Source of the DNA: Azolla caroliniana
Lineage: Eukaryota > Plantae > Polypodiophyta
Length of the DNA: 64,000 nt
Reading direction: 5' to 3'
Assembly (NCBI GenBank): GCA_043228905.1
Contig: JBHGNT010000010.1
Location: 8,928,001 to 8,992,000 of the forward strand
This document shows, piece by piece, positions 23,795 to 37,052 of the stretch (positions are counted from its first letter, which is position 1; the number at the start of each line of letters is the position of its first letter). The position numbers and the translations under genes are program-made. Under the pieces are notes generated by a model. The model was given only the letters and a program-made list of their open reading frames with translations. It had not been told where the DNA came from and ran no database searches.

Positions 23795-24523
23795 ATGATG
23801 GCGATGGAAGTGAAGTTTAGTAGTAGCATAAGCAAGAATGTGGCGGTGATGAGGATGATGAATTCACTGCAGCTTCTGCTTCTGAATATGATTCTGATTC
23901 TGATGTGCGCTGCTACTAGCGAAGCGGGCAGGGCAGTAACTGTGTCTCTGTCTCATCGTCATCATCATGATGATGCTTCTGCTGCTGCTGCTGCTGCTGG
24001 AATGGCGCTGCTGCCTGTGCTGAGGAGAGGATTGGCGAGTGATTCCATGGTGAGCATCAGCATCAGCTACGATGATGGCGAGACGCGGGTGCAGGATGGG
24101 CAGATGCTGAGCGTCTCTGAGACAGCAACGCACCCTCCGTCTTTCTACATCAGCAGCAATGGCGGAGGAGAAGGAGATTATTATTATTCGGTGGCGATGA
24201 TCGATCGGATGGCATCGCGAGAGGAGGCGGGGGCGGGGGCTCCTCTGCAGACGTTCGTGCACTACTGGGTGATGGTGCGATCGCGGGGCCCTCAGGTAGC
24301 GGCGGCGGTGGAGGAGGTGCTGGCTCCGTACGTACGGCCCGCGCCGCACGACTCGCTGCTGCACCCGTACGAGGTCCTGCTCTTCGCGGCCTCACCCTCC
24401 ACCACGTCTCCGCCGCCGTCTTTCCGCGGGTCCGATCGGTACGTTCAGGACTTCCAGAGTCTGGTCCAAGGGCAACCACCCCTCGCCTCCACCCGCTTCA
24501 CTGAGCAGATCACCTCCCCCTGA
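23795..24523 (+). CDS. Intronless divergent PEBP (phosphatidylethanolamine-binding/RKIP-fold) protein with predicted signal peptide and propeptide
   Basis: Intact GC-rich ORF with PEBP-like motif order VQDGQMLSVSET..PP..YSVAMID..FVHYWV..YVRPAP...HPYEVLLF; hydrophobic LQLLLLNMILILMCAATSEA|GR. The start could be a later ATG. Confidence 0.75.
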   Translation: MMAMEVKFSSSISKNVAVMRMMNSLQLLLLNMILILMCAATSEAGRAVTVSLSHRHHHDDASAAAAAAGMALLPVLRRGLASDSMVSISISYDDGETRVQDGQMLSVSETATHPPSFYISSNGGGEGDYYYSVAMIDRMASREEAGAGAPLQTFVHYWVMVRSRGPQVAAAVEEVLAPYVRPAPHDSLLHPYEVLLFAASPSTTSPPPSFRGSDRYVQDFQSLVQGQPPLASTRFTEQITSP

Positions 24524-24599
24524 TCTACACTCCTTCCATCACCAATCTCAGTAATCCCCCCCCCCCCCCCCCCCCAATCGTTTCTTGTCCATGTCATTC

Positions 24600-24905
24600 C
24601 CCTGCATCCATGTAATCTTCCTTTACACTAGTGCAAATTTGAATTCCATGCAATTCCATCCTTCATTTTCTGGGTAAAAATCAGTGAATGAATCCGTGTA
24701 AATGTTCCCTGTACTGCCGGAAATTTCAAGCGAAGATATTATGTAACTCCATGGTTTTGGGTAATCAGTGAATGTATCCATGTAATCTTCCTGTAATGCC
24801 ATAGTTTTGAGTAATTAGTGAAATTTTGCATCCATGTAATCTTCCAGTACCACTGCCCAAATTTTGAAGTGAAGATTTGATGTGATTCTATGGTTTTAAG
24901 TAAAC
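24600..24905. repeat. Degenerate tandem repeat downstream of the PEBP-like gene
   Basis: ATCCATGTAATCTTCC and GGTAATCAGTGAATG-like blocks recur 3-4 times. Confidence 0.6.
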
Positions 24906-25393
24906 ACTATGATAAGAATGCTTAATATAATTACATCAATCTGTGTCATTCCAATCAATGTAATATGGGGGCTAGTTATATTGAAATGAGCACTTACATG
25001 AACGAATTGAAAGCATGTATGGGTCTGTGTGAGGGGATTCAAAGATGTTCATGGACGTTGTTAATTCATAGATCCAATCTAAGCACCACATTGGGTGTCT
25101 TTTGCACTGTTTTTCTGTATACGTTTCTTTGTAACATTGAAGGAAAAATAACGTCTTCTATCACAATTTATGATATAACAATTGCCTTTCACACTTCATA
25201 TGGACATTTCGAGTACACGATTATGCCTTTTTGTTTATTGTGCCTCAGGCTTTTTAGCATATGACATTGAATTATATTTTGCTTGTGTCAAACATCTTCA
25301 CAATAGATAGTTGGAATGATCTCCAACTATAAAAATAAACCACAAACCCAATGACTCTCATAATTAGATTATGTTTTGAAAGGAATTGCAAAA

Positions 25394-27990
25394 TGTTAGG
25401 AAACAGGTTCCCAGATGGGAAGAGGAGCACGAGTCGAAGAAAAGGGGGAACCGAATCGGTTGACAGCAACTCAGCCGAGACCGAAAAATCAAACCGATTG
25501 TTCGATTCGATCGTGGCCAAAAATCGAATACGAATCAGTTGAAGCCGACTCGAGGCTATATCTGTAAATAGAGTTAATGTGCCCTTTGTGGGCTATATGT
25601 ATTTCTAAGTAGCCTTGAATGTTGTATTAGTATAAATACATCTAGGGCAATCATTATGTTTGATGATGGTCATTGTTGTATAGTTGTTGAAAAGTTATAG
25701 TTGGTAGTTGCTTTTGTCAGACAAAAATTTAAATTTACAAAATCTAGTAGCAAAGTTAAAGTAGGATGAACTACGAAGGAAAAGAACGAGTTCACAACAC
25801 GAGGCTAGCCACATGGCCAGGGCAGCCTCAATGAGAAATAATTGAGCCAACTTTGCGAAGCAGAAATTCCAACAATTTTCAAACAACCAGAAGTTTCAAC
25901 AGAAGAACAAATGGAATGGAATGGGAGGCTTGACGATATCTACAATCACATGTAGGTATTGTAATAAACAAGGTTACTTTGAAAAAGATTGTTGAAAGAA
26001 GCAATTTGATCTTAAAAGGAAAGGGAAAAAGTCTTATCCTCAAATACATAGTGCATCATTACAAAATGATAATGTGAGCTATTGTGAAGAAGATGAAGAA
26101 AAAAAATTATTCAAGCTTTTACAAGTGATGCAAATGAAGGTCAAGTGAATCAAAAGATAGGCAATGACAACCTTTGGTTCTTCAACACTGCGGCGACACA
26201 TCACTTGACAAATAACAGAACTCTTCTACATAACTATTGCCCCCTTCCACAAGCATTGCAAGTTACATTCTGCGACCATGGCACAAAAGTTGCCATTGGC
26301 AAAGGGGAAGTACACTTGTCTCTAAACAAATCAAAGACAATAAGCATTCCAAATTTGTATTATGTTCCAGGTGTAATGAGAAACTTAATATCCGTAAGTG
26401 AAGCAACCAAAAATGGAACAAGTATACAATTGAATAATAATTTTGCGGTTATTTCTCATGAATTGCCTACTGGTGAGATGTTAAGAGTAACTCGCCCTAA
26501 ATCTGGAAGACTCTATCCTTCGCAAATGATGGACAAAACTCCTATACAAGCACCCTTTGCGTCGGGCGCTTCACACATTGATCCTACAATGCTTTGGCAT
26601 CATCGACTCGGGCATCTCAACCCGAAGGCGATGAAGACTGGTCAAGTTCATAAATTATTCGAAGGAATTCCAATGAAGTGATTTAGCTATATATCTATAT
26701 GCGAGGGATGCATCTACGGCAAGCAATGTCGACAACAGTTTTCCAATAGGCAAACAGAAAAGGACAAAAAGACCACTACAATCAATTCATTCAGATTTAT
26801 GTGGACCGATGCAATCTCTATCAATAGATGGTAACAAGTATTTTATTTCATTTATAGATGACTTCACAAGATTCACAGTCTTATATATTCTTAAGGAGAA
26901 ATCAGGAGCATACAATGCATTTACAAGTTACAAAGCATATGTAGAAAATCAATGCCAACTTAAGATCTCGACTATTCGTACCGACAATGGAGGGGAGTAC
27001 TTCGTTGATGAATGGACAAGGTTTTGTGAAGAAAATGGAATAAGCGATGAGCGAATTGTACCATACAACCCACAACAGAATGGTATAGCTGAGCGCAAGA
27101 ATCGAACCCTCTTAGATGCATGTTGAAATATGATTCAAGTTGCCAGATTGCCTCTTCGATTCTGGCAAGAAGCAGTTGCAACTACATGTTACCTACAAAA
27201 CCAATCACCACATAAGATACTTGGTCTTGAAACATCATATTCACATTGGTTTAAGCATAAACCAAACCTTAGTCATCTTCGAGTGTTTGGTTTGATCGCT
27301 TACGGTCATGTACATGCAAACAAAAGGAAGAAATTAGATCCTCACACAAGAAAATTGTATTTGATTGCATATGGTGAATCTTCTAGAGTTAAAGCATACA
27401 AGTTATTTGATCTACATACACGCAAGTTTTTCTTTAGCCGATCAGTCATATTTGATGAAATTAGTGTACTTGAGCAACAAAAACAACATGAGGTATGCGA
27501 CTTTAAACAAAATTTAAAGATTGATGATCTAATTACTCCAAACGTTTCCCAAATAGAAAATTACGGTGATCCGATCACAAGGAGTGTCCTGAAGCAATTC
27601 CAACATTGCAAACACACAGAAGTTCTAGCAGAAGATGAGGATGTAGGAGTAACTCATTAAACCTATACAACATTCCGACCTACCCTCACAAAGAAGGATT
27701 CAGATCATCGTGCAAGGATCATTTACGCGAGAAAATGGAAAATGAAGACATACACAAGATGCAGACAATAGATAATGAAAAGAAAAATTGGTCGTGGAAA
27801 CCTCATCAAAATCGCGAAAGTTATCGTGACATTTTAGTGAAGGATTTAGAAAGAGTACCTAACATAAGAGAAATTCGATGGTGAATGAAAACCCCAGAAA
27901 GTCGACACAATAAAGAAGTCGAATTCATCTCCGCATCAACATTTATGATGAAGCCGCATGAAGACGAACATCATCGACATGATCAACATG
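25394..27990 (+). mobile_element. LTR fragment plus degenerate Copia gag end, protease and integrase
   Basis: 25394-25700 resembles the 2517 solo LTR (CCAGATGGGAAG; TAGTATAAATA..TAGGGCAA). CRYCNKQGYFEKDC, WFFNTAATHHLT, LWHHRLGH, FIDDFTR, IRTDNGGEY, PQQNGIAERKNRT follow. No RT seen. Confidence 0.8.
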
Positions 27991-28002
27991 ATAATCCTCC
28001 AC

Positions 28003-28700
28003 AAGGGGAGGGGTAGAGTGGAAATTAAAGTGAAAGAGGGGAGGGTAAAGTTAGATTTAGAAGAAAGAAAGGGGGAGGGGTAGAATAAGATTTAAGAGAG
28101 AAGGGAGGAGGGGTAGCAGCGGAGGGGTAGAGTAAAATTACGAAAAGGAGGGGTAAAAGGGGAAAAATAACAAAGTGAAAAAGGAGAGGGAGTAGAAATA
28201 GGGGGGAGGGGTAGAATAAAATTAGTGAAAGAGGGAGGGGTAGAGTGAGAATAGGAAAAAGGGAGGGAGGGGTAAAACGGGAAAAATAACAAAGTGAAAA
28301 AGAGAGGGAGTAGAAATAGGGTAGAAGTCAAGTGGGTAGGGGTAGAGTGAAAATAGTGAAAGAGGGAGGGGTAGAGTGAAAATAGTGAAAGAGGGAGGGG
28401 TAGAGTACAATTTAGAAGAGAGGAAGGAAGGGTAGAAAGCAAAAAGGTAGAAGTCAACGACGGAGAGTAGAATGAATTTTATAAAAGGAGTAGAGCAAAT
28501 TAGAAGTAAATAGGGGGGGAGGGGTAGAGTGACAAATTAGATAACAAGGGGGGAAGGGGTAGAGTATAATTACAAGTGGGGAGGTGTAGAGTGAAAAAGT
28601 AACAAAATGAAATTAAAGAGAGGGGGAGATATAGGAGGGGAGGGGGATAATGGGATAATGAAGATATAAGTGAGAAACCGAGAAAAGGGATGGAGGTGTG
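28003..28700. repeat. Polypurine degenerate minisatellite
   Basis: ~29-bp unit GGGGTAGAGTGAAAATAGTGAAAGAGGGA; almost no C on the + strand. Confidence 0.8.
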
Positions 28701-31042
28701 TGTATAGTAGGGCAACATAGAGAGGATGTGTTTATATGTTGGCTACCACATGTAGGCTCGTGCATCACGTTACAAAGAGGAGGGAAGAGATATGAAAGCC
28801 AGCTACCAAATGTAGTGCCATGCTTGAAATTAGGTGGGGAGGGTAATGTTTTAAGTTGCCAATTCCATGTTCCTTGGAACTTCAACTTTTATGATATCCA
28901 AATGTTTCATATGTGAAGGTGTAATGTATAAGGTTGGTGATGAAGGGAAAATTGTGGCATCTCACAATATAACTCCATTAATTGTCTAACCCAAAGAAAA
29001 ACTATTGAACATCATCACAATCCATAGAACCATCGTGGAACAGGTGAATGTCCATATGGATATTTAACAATCCCAAACAATTTGACAAATGTTATCAATC
29101 TCTGCTTGGACAATACTCCATCTCATTTAAAGCTGAAAGCTTATGCCTCTTTTTTATACAAGCACTTCAATTACTTTTGAATGTCATTATTATCACAAAC
29201 TAAGGCACTAGGTTGTGCTTTAAGAAAAGGAAGTTCGATGAAAATTTGGTCAAGGGACCAAATTCAATAGTCTACTAAACTTCACCTACACATCATCCAA
29301 AGGGACTCTTGTAGTTGCTAACAATCAAGCTCTACACTGTTACAAGTCGATGATGAATTGTTTATAGTGGGACCAGTACTCATGACATTTATTCAAGTTT
29401 GGTTTTCCTTTCTTTCTCCCTCGTGTTATCTTTCAAGGTAGCAACTCACAAATTACAATCCGTTAAAGATCTAGTGTACCTAGTCTTGTTATTCAATTTA
29501 GAATGAAAACTTAAAATAAGGAAATAATGCTTATGTGTCTATGTCCAATCAATCAAATTGTTTTCATGTTGAGAGAGACTTATGTCAACTTTCATATTCT
29601 TGGTAACTAAATTTTTTCCAAACCTTTGAGAGCTCTACAACCCATTGAGTGAATTTTTCATACATAATCTAGATATTGCTTGGTGCTTAGAGATTGAATA
29701 CATATATATCACACTATTACAAAGTTGAGCTTTTGAACCCATGACGATGAATGCCAAAACATAAAAATGCCATCCAAATTGAATATATATCAATTTCTCA
29801 TATGAAATAGTAAATCGATTGGTTCCAACTCCAACAATAAATCAAAGCCAAAATATTCTCAATGTCCTCAAATCTGCTCTAAAAGGTCTTCTATACAAAC
29901 CCATGTTTGTAGAATGTTATCATCCTATTCCCAAAGGGTGTTCACATAATGGTCATCAATTTAACAATTGTAATCCCCAAGTTAAGATGGAAATATACAA
30001 TAATCTTAGTAAATTAACCTAACTCAAGAACTCCAAACATCCTAAAGCGTAATGCACTAGCACAAGAAAATTAGGGTGAAAATCATATTTCTATTGCATA
30101 TGTTTCAACTTTCATAGAAGCTTCCAACTTTTTCATTCCCTCCAATGCCCACTCACTATTGATTGAGACATCACAATTTCCAACACGAATAAATTCCTTC
30201 ATAATTCTTTGCCATATAGTACATTGCACCCTACTCCGTGTTTATCAAACCCATGATTACATTCTAAGCTCTCACGTTGCTTCCCCAACTGTTCCTTAAC
30301 GTTTGAATTACAGAATTTCTGCTGTATGTTCATATGATTTGGCTACAAGTTTTGAGATTTTTTGTTATGTCATAAATTATAATTGGTTTGAATTACAGGA
30401 TTTCTTAGTATGATCATATGAATTGATTCAGCTACAAGTTTTGAGATCTTTTGCTATGTCATAATTGGTGCATACTTTTAGGTAGATATTTTGGTTTCAT
30501 CAGATTTGGGCCCTTCCCTACCCTACGTCTTCTCTAGAGACAAAAAACTGCCAAGAAAACTTTACAAAATACTCAAAAAAACTACCATAAACTGACAATC
30601 ATATTAAGATAATGTGAGAAATTCAATGCATGGAATACTATTTATCGCACATGACAAATCCCATAAGTCAACAGAAAACACATACAAAGTACTTTTATTT
30701 CAAAAGCTGCATTGTATATTATCTTCTTGAACAGAATGGTTTGCAAGCCCATGTTAAAGCAAGGGAAAATGAAAAGAAATGAAATGGCGATATTCTTAAT
30801 GAGTAATGCAAGGCAAAGATTGGTTTATTTAAACTCTAAATGAGATGACATAAAAGGCCATTGCAAACTCTTTGTGACATCGATCCACATTCCCCTTGGA
30901 CAAACCACGTGACAACATCAATACAGTTTCCAGCATGGGGCATATTCATGGACATGTGCATGAATCATGGAGTGATGTACAGGTTATAATCACCATAATT
31001 GAGTCAGGACTTTTAGAATGATATACACTAGTTTAGTGGATA

Positions 31043-31211
31043 CTACTCGATCTTCTCCTCACCAATCTCGTCCTCCAAACGGAAAACGTCAGTCTTTACA
31101 GGCCCCCTTTCCCTGCTTGCTTCTGCATCGATGGGTGGACTTGCCCCCATGCTTGTTAGAGCAATTGTTTCTTCCTCGTCAAAATCATCCGGTCCTTCTG
31201 AGTATGCATAA
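31043..31211 (-). CDS. TMEM87-like exon 5
   Basis: ttgacag|T TAT GCA TAC ... GAG TAG; acidic C-terminal tail. Confidence 0.9.
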
Positions 31212-34200
31212 CTGTCAAAGAACATATGCTTGTAAACAAGTTTCGCATAATGTTTGCAAGCTTGTTTAACAAAAACTTCAGCATATAAAAATCAGAAAAT
31301 GCTTACCGTGTTGCATTCTTTGATGGAGCCCACAACCAACATACAATAGATAAGAGTATAAAGCTTAACATATTCCAAAAGGCTGAGATGATCCATTCAC
31401 TTTGCCAGCGCTCGCCAAATGCATATGTTGCCTTGAAAAAGAGCTGTAAAACTCATAAGAAACACTTGAGTTATATGCTTTGTAAGAATGCCACAGTATA
31501 AACTCATTAATTTTTCATTAGGTAAAGATATATGTCATTCCCTTTCAACCTACAAGATAATCAACATTTAGTGGATCTAAGATTACCTCATATCCAATCC
31601 AAGCAATTGATACAACCACAATCACTGCCAATGTATTTGTGAACTTCCTGTAAAGCTCAAGTTTTGCCATAAGTTTCCTGACCTATATGTTAAATATAAA
31701 AAAGCAGTAAGAGCCTGTGGAACATGCAAGGAGAGTATCCTTCACAATCCAAAAAGAAAAAATATTCTTCCCGAAGGATCCATAGCATATTTCTCATATG
31801 CTAACTATAGCAATCAATGATTGTGCCTAAGAAAAATGCTGAAACAACAAATAAACCAATTAAGAAAATAAATTTTCTGGTTCAAGATGATGGTGTGCAG
31901 TTTGTTATGCATTTGTCTCAGCACATCACTGAGAAGTTAGATTTCTAATATCCTCCTAGACCCCGTCACAATCCAAAAAGAAAAAAATAATTTCCCAAAG
32001 GATCTATAGCATAGTCCTCAGGTGCTAAATATAGCAATCAATGTTTGTGCCTAATAAACAAGAACAGATTTCAAATGCGTTATCAAACACCCACGAAACG
32101 TTTTATGAAAGCATACGATCCAAAAGTGGATGGATGGGCATAAAAAGAAGTGAAATAACTGAAGATAAAATATGCTGAAACAATAAATAAACCAATTAAG
32201 ATAAAAGCATTTTTGTTTCAAGACAGTGGTGTAGTTGGTTATGCTAGAAATATTGAGAATCGATTAGATAGGTATATAGAATTACAACCACAGAGATGGA
32301 TATATGAAAACAAAACTTCTATTACATATGAGAGTAACTCACAATGGTAGTTTACCCATGCACTCACACCTTAGAGCTTAGATGGGATCTGGACTAGCTC
32401 ACTACAAAATTAGTGGGGACTGATGATCAATCCAACCATTGTATAAGAAAGTGGATTATATTCTATGTTTGGTCTGAGTATAACACTAAATGTGCAAGTC
32501 AGTTGATAGTAGTGGAGATATTACTTTTCTATCAAATTGACTTGTCATTTAATATGACCCAACTCCCTAGATATAGGCTAGTGCTAGATCGTACTTATCT
32601 TGAAGTCAATGGCACATACTTCAAGACTTAAGTACATTGTAACTTGCCCACAAAATATTCTAGTTGACTTGATTAGCCAATCCTATTACCTATTTCACTC
32701 TTTCCTAAATCCATTGTGTCCTACGCATCTACGGTTTCCTAGATTAACACCATATCGACCCATATGGTTGAGTTGCACACTAGCTGCTCCTCATTTGGGG
32801 CACTATCACAAAATGTGCACTCTAAGAGCACATATGGGGATAGATTTACAACTTGGGGCTGATCATTGATTACATTTAACACGCTGCCTCAATGGTCAAC
32901 CCCTTGAGGTTCACTTGGAATTGGGCCAACTCCTAATCGTCGAAGGTGTTATTGTAGTTGTTCTGCTCCAAGCGCCTTTGTGAAGATATCCGCAGCATTT
33001 TCTGATGTCGGACAGTACTCAAGCTCCACAGTCTCATCATTTATTAGTTCCCGCACATAGTGATATTGAATCTCTATGTGTTTAGTACATGCATGAAATA
33101 CGGGGTTCTTGGCAATGGCCGTGCAACTCTGTTTGTCACACCTCAATACCGTTGCCGTCCTTATTGGAACCGCCACATCCATAAGGATTCTTCTTAGCCA
33201 AACTACCTCGCATGCCACTATGCATGATGCTTTGTATTCTGCCTCTGTTGAAGATAGTGCCACTATTGGTTGTTTTTTACTACTCCATGAAACAGCTCCA
33301 AAGCCTATTGAAAAAGAATATCCAAAAACTGATTTTCTGGAATCACTATCTCCAGCCCAGTCGGAGTCACAATACCCACTACGTTCATCAATTGTTGGCT
33401 TGTAGAAGATTCCGTAATTTAAAGTACCCACAATGTACTTTAATACACGTAGTGCAGCTTTCCAATGAGTCTCCTTCGGCTTGTTGCTGAATCGACTCAC
33501 CACACCGACCGCAAAACAAATATCCGGCCTAGTGTTGCATAGGAAAATTAGACTTCCTACTAGCTGTCTATACTTCCTTATGGCAACCATTGGTGACGGG
33601 TCTTCTTGGGATAGCTTGCAGTTTGACTCCATTGGAGTCGACTTCGACTTGCTGTCTATCATCCAAAAGGTCTTCAAGATCTCTGTTGCATACTTTCTTT
33701 GTGACATGAATATGCCAACCGAGGTTTCCCAAACCTCAATTCCAAGGACGTAGTGTAGAATCCCTAAGTCTGTCATTTCAAACTCAGTTTTCAAACACTC
33801 GTGTTTGGCCAATACACTCTTCATGGTCACCAATAAGTACTAGATCATCCACGTAAATGATGATGATGACTTGTTTTCCGTCCTTCATTTTGACATACAT
33901 ACTTGCATCCGAAGCACATTGCTTAAAGTTGATTGATTGTAAGAAGCTGTCTATCCTCTTGTTCCAAGCTCTTGGTGCTTGCTTTAGACCATACAGCCCC
34001 TTCTTCAGCTTGCAGACTTTGTTTTCTGAATTCGGCATCTCAAACCCTGGTCGTTGTGTCACGTATACCTCCTCCTTGAGATGCCCATTCAGAAATGCTG
34101 ATTTGACATCCATTTGATAAATCAGCCATCCTCTTGAAGCAGCCAACGCTATGACCATTCGAATTGTTGTCATGCAAGCTGTCGGAGCAAATGTTTCTTG

Positions 34201-36965
34201 TACATCGAACCCTTCAAATTTGGGAGTATCCTTGCGTTACTATCCTGGCCTTAAATTTCTCCAAAGAACCATCAGCTTCATACTTTACTTTCCACACCCA
34301 CTTGGTGCCTATCACCTTCCTCTTTGTTGGCCTCTCTACCAACTCCCACGTGTCATTTTTCATGATGCTATCATATTCTGATATCATCACCTCTTTCCAC
34401 TTCGGGTCAGCCATGGCTTCCTCCACCGAGGTCGGCTCACTCATTGAGCCTATGATGTCCACCATCAGAGCCATGTTGACAATGTGGTCAGAGGTTCTCC
34501 CTTACTCCTGTATTCTTCTTGATCTTCATAATCCATCAGTTGAAGTTTCAGGAAACTCAACTTTAGGAGTACGGTCATTGAAGAATTGTTGAGCCCACTT
34601 AGGTATTTTCTTTACATATGGCATTGGCATAGGCTGAACTAGGGAGCCATTACCATCAGATGGTTCAGTTTCCTTTTCTAGACAGTGGGTCGGGATTGGG
34701 TGGAATACTTCTTCGGTTGATGAGATAACTTGTGAATCGCTGTTCTCAGCTAGCTGTGGTCGTTCCTCATCGAACACCACATCGCGGCTTGTCAATATCT
34801 TTCTTGCCTCTGGATCGTAGAGTCAATAGGCCTTTGACTCTTCACTATATCCGAGAAAGGTAGACTTCTTGCTTTTAGCATCCAACTTCTTTCTGCTCAC
34901 ATCTGGAACATGTGCGTAGCACGTACACCCAAAGGTTCTGAAGTGCAGCACTGAAGGTTTCTTGCCTGAATAAGCTTCTTGGGGTGTTTTCCCTTGAAGT
35001 GCCTTCGTGTAGCTACAATTGAGGATGTAAACTGCTGTATTCACTGCTTCAGCCCAGAATGGGTCGGGCAGCGCTTGTGCCTTCAACATACACCTAGCCA
35101 TCTCGACAATCGTTCGGTTTCGACGTTCGACAACGCCATTTTGTTGTGGGGTGTAGGCAGTTGTAAGTTGGCGCTTAATTCCATGCTCTTTGCAATACTC
35201 ACAGAATTCTATTGATAAGAATTCTCCACCTCGATCAGAGCATAACTCCTTCACTAGCTTTCCGCACTCCCGCTCGACAAACTTATGCCATCTTTTGAAT
35301 ATTTTAAAAGCTTCAGCCTTCTCCCGAAGGAAGTAAACCCACGTCTTTCTACTAAAGTCGTTGACTACTAGCATATAGTAGAGAGATCCATTGCAGGAAT
35401 CACCATTTTTCCAGAGAGGTCGATGTGTATTAGTTGTAGAGGAGTCTTTGTCCGATTTTGACTCTCTTTTGGAATGGCTGATCTTTGATGCTTGCCCATC
35501 ATACAAGCATTACAAACATGACTTAAGTCGGATAAGGTTGGCAACCCAACTACCATATTCGACTTCTTCATCTCCTTAAACACAGCAACATTGAGATGCC
35601 CAAATCTCTCATGCCATTGCTTTGTGTTAGTACTTGTGTTGTGGTCAGTAGAAATTGTAAACGCGCTCAGCTCATAGAGATTGTTGCACCTTACCCCTAT
35701 TCCTACAACCTTGCCAACAGAAACTGTTATTTCTGCACCCGACTTCTTGAATCAAACATCAAGACCCTTGTCGGTCAGTGCAGAAATGGACAATAGATTC
35801 TTCTTGAGATCTGGCACGTACAACACTTGAGAGAGATGCTATGTCCCGCCGGTCGTTGCTTTGAGGGAGACGGTTCCAGTTCCTTTGGCTTGACATCGAG
35901 CGTTGTTCCCGACCACAACATTGATGGGCTCTTGTAGAGGTGTCCAAGAGCTGTACCAGTCACGATTACTGGTCATATGTCGGGATGCTCCACTATCGAG
36001 AATCCAAGAGTCGTCGACAACTTGAGTGTCAACTGAAGAACACACTTCTTCAATTGCGACCCATAACTCGAGCTCACCTACGACATTGTTGGCAGACTCG
36101 GGCTCTCTCCAAGAAGTCTTACTAGAACCATTCTTCTCATCTACCATCTTCTTCCGACAATCCTTGATTGTGTGACCATTCTTGTCACAGTAGAAACACG
36201 ATCCATTGGACTTCTTCTTTGGTATCCTATTCGCATTGTTTGAATTGGATGCCCCTTTACCCTTAGTCCTAGAGACAAATGCCGAATCTTCCCTTCCTTC
36301 TCTTGTCTTCAGCCGAATCTCCTCTTCAAGCAGCATTGCACTTAATTCATCAAATTTTAAAGGAATGGGTCGACCCTGAGTGTTCAATGCTGTCACAATG
36401 CCATCATACGTGGAAGGAAGAACTCGAATGCACCGACGAGCCATATCCTCTAGAGAGACGACTACTCCAACAGCCGCCAGCTGATCTTGAAGATCCTTAA
36501 TCCTTTTTACAAAGGATTCTACTTTCTCTCCATCAGCGAGCTTCTCTGCAGCAAGTTGATTTTCGAGGTTTTGTATCCTTGTATAGTTTCTGGTTTCATA
36601 TTGGCTGGCCAATATGCTCCAAGCTTCATGTGCCCTGGTTGTATGTTGCATTAATGTTAGTACAGAGTCACATACACCAATGACTATGGTACACAGCGCA
36701 TCAGCATTCCTTCTCTTCCAGGCTCGAAGTAGATCAGCATTTGGAGGGATTGATGTGGTAGGGTGTGCAGGGTCAAAGGTCACCATGGGCTTAGGGTCTC
36801 CTCCTGTGGGTCCCATGATTGTCTCCAACAACTAGTCGGAGTCCAAAATGGCAGACATTTTGAACTTCCATAGAGTGTAGTTGGTTCCATCTAGCTTTCC
36901 ATCAGACAATGGAGGTGGGCGAATGCGCAGTGGAGCAGGTGCAACATTCGTGGACAAGGCCATTG

Positions 36966-37052
<87 letters not shown>

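Noticed and set aside
23864-24479. Minus-strand ORFs overlapping the PEBP-like gene
   Set aside because: Low-complexity shadows of a GC-rich CDS.
25180-25345. Host gene exon (AFHTSYGHFEYTIMPF)
   Set aside because: Short decayed Gypsy RT fragment.
28760-30250. Possible coding remnant
   Set aside because: Probably very old LINE debris, but no motif could be read with confidence.
32413-32869. Duplicated small genes (also at 37230-37754)
   Set aside because: They are chance ORFs in the two LTRs of the intronic Copia.
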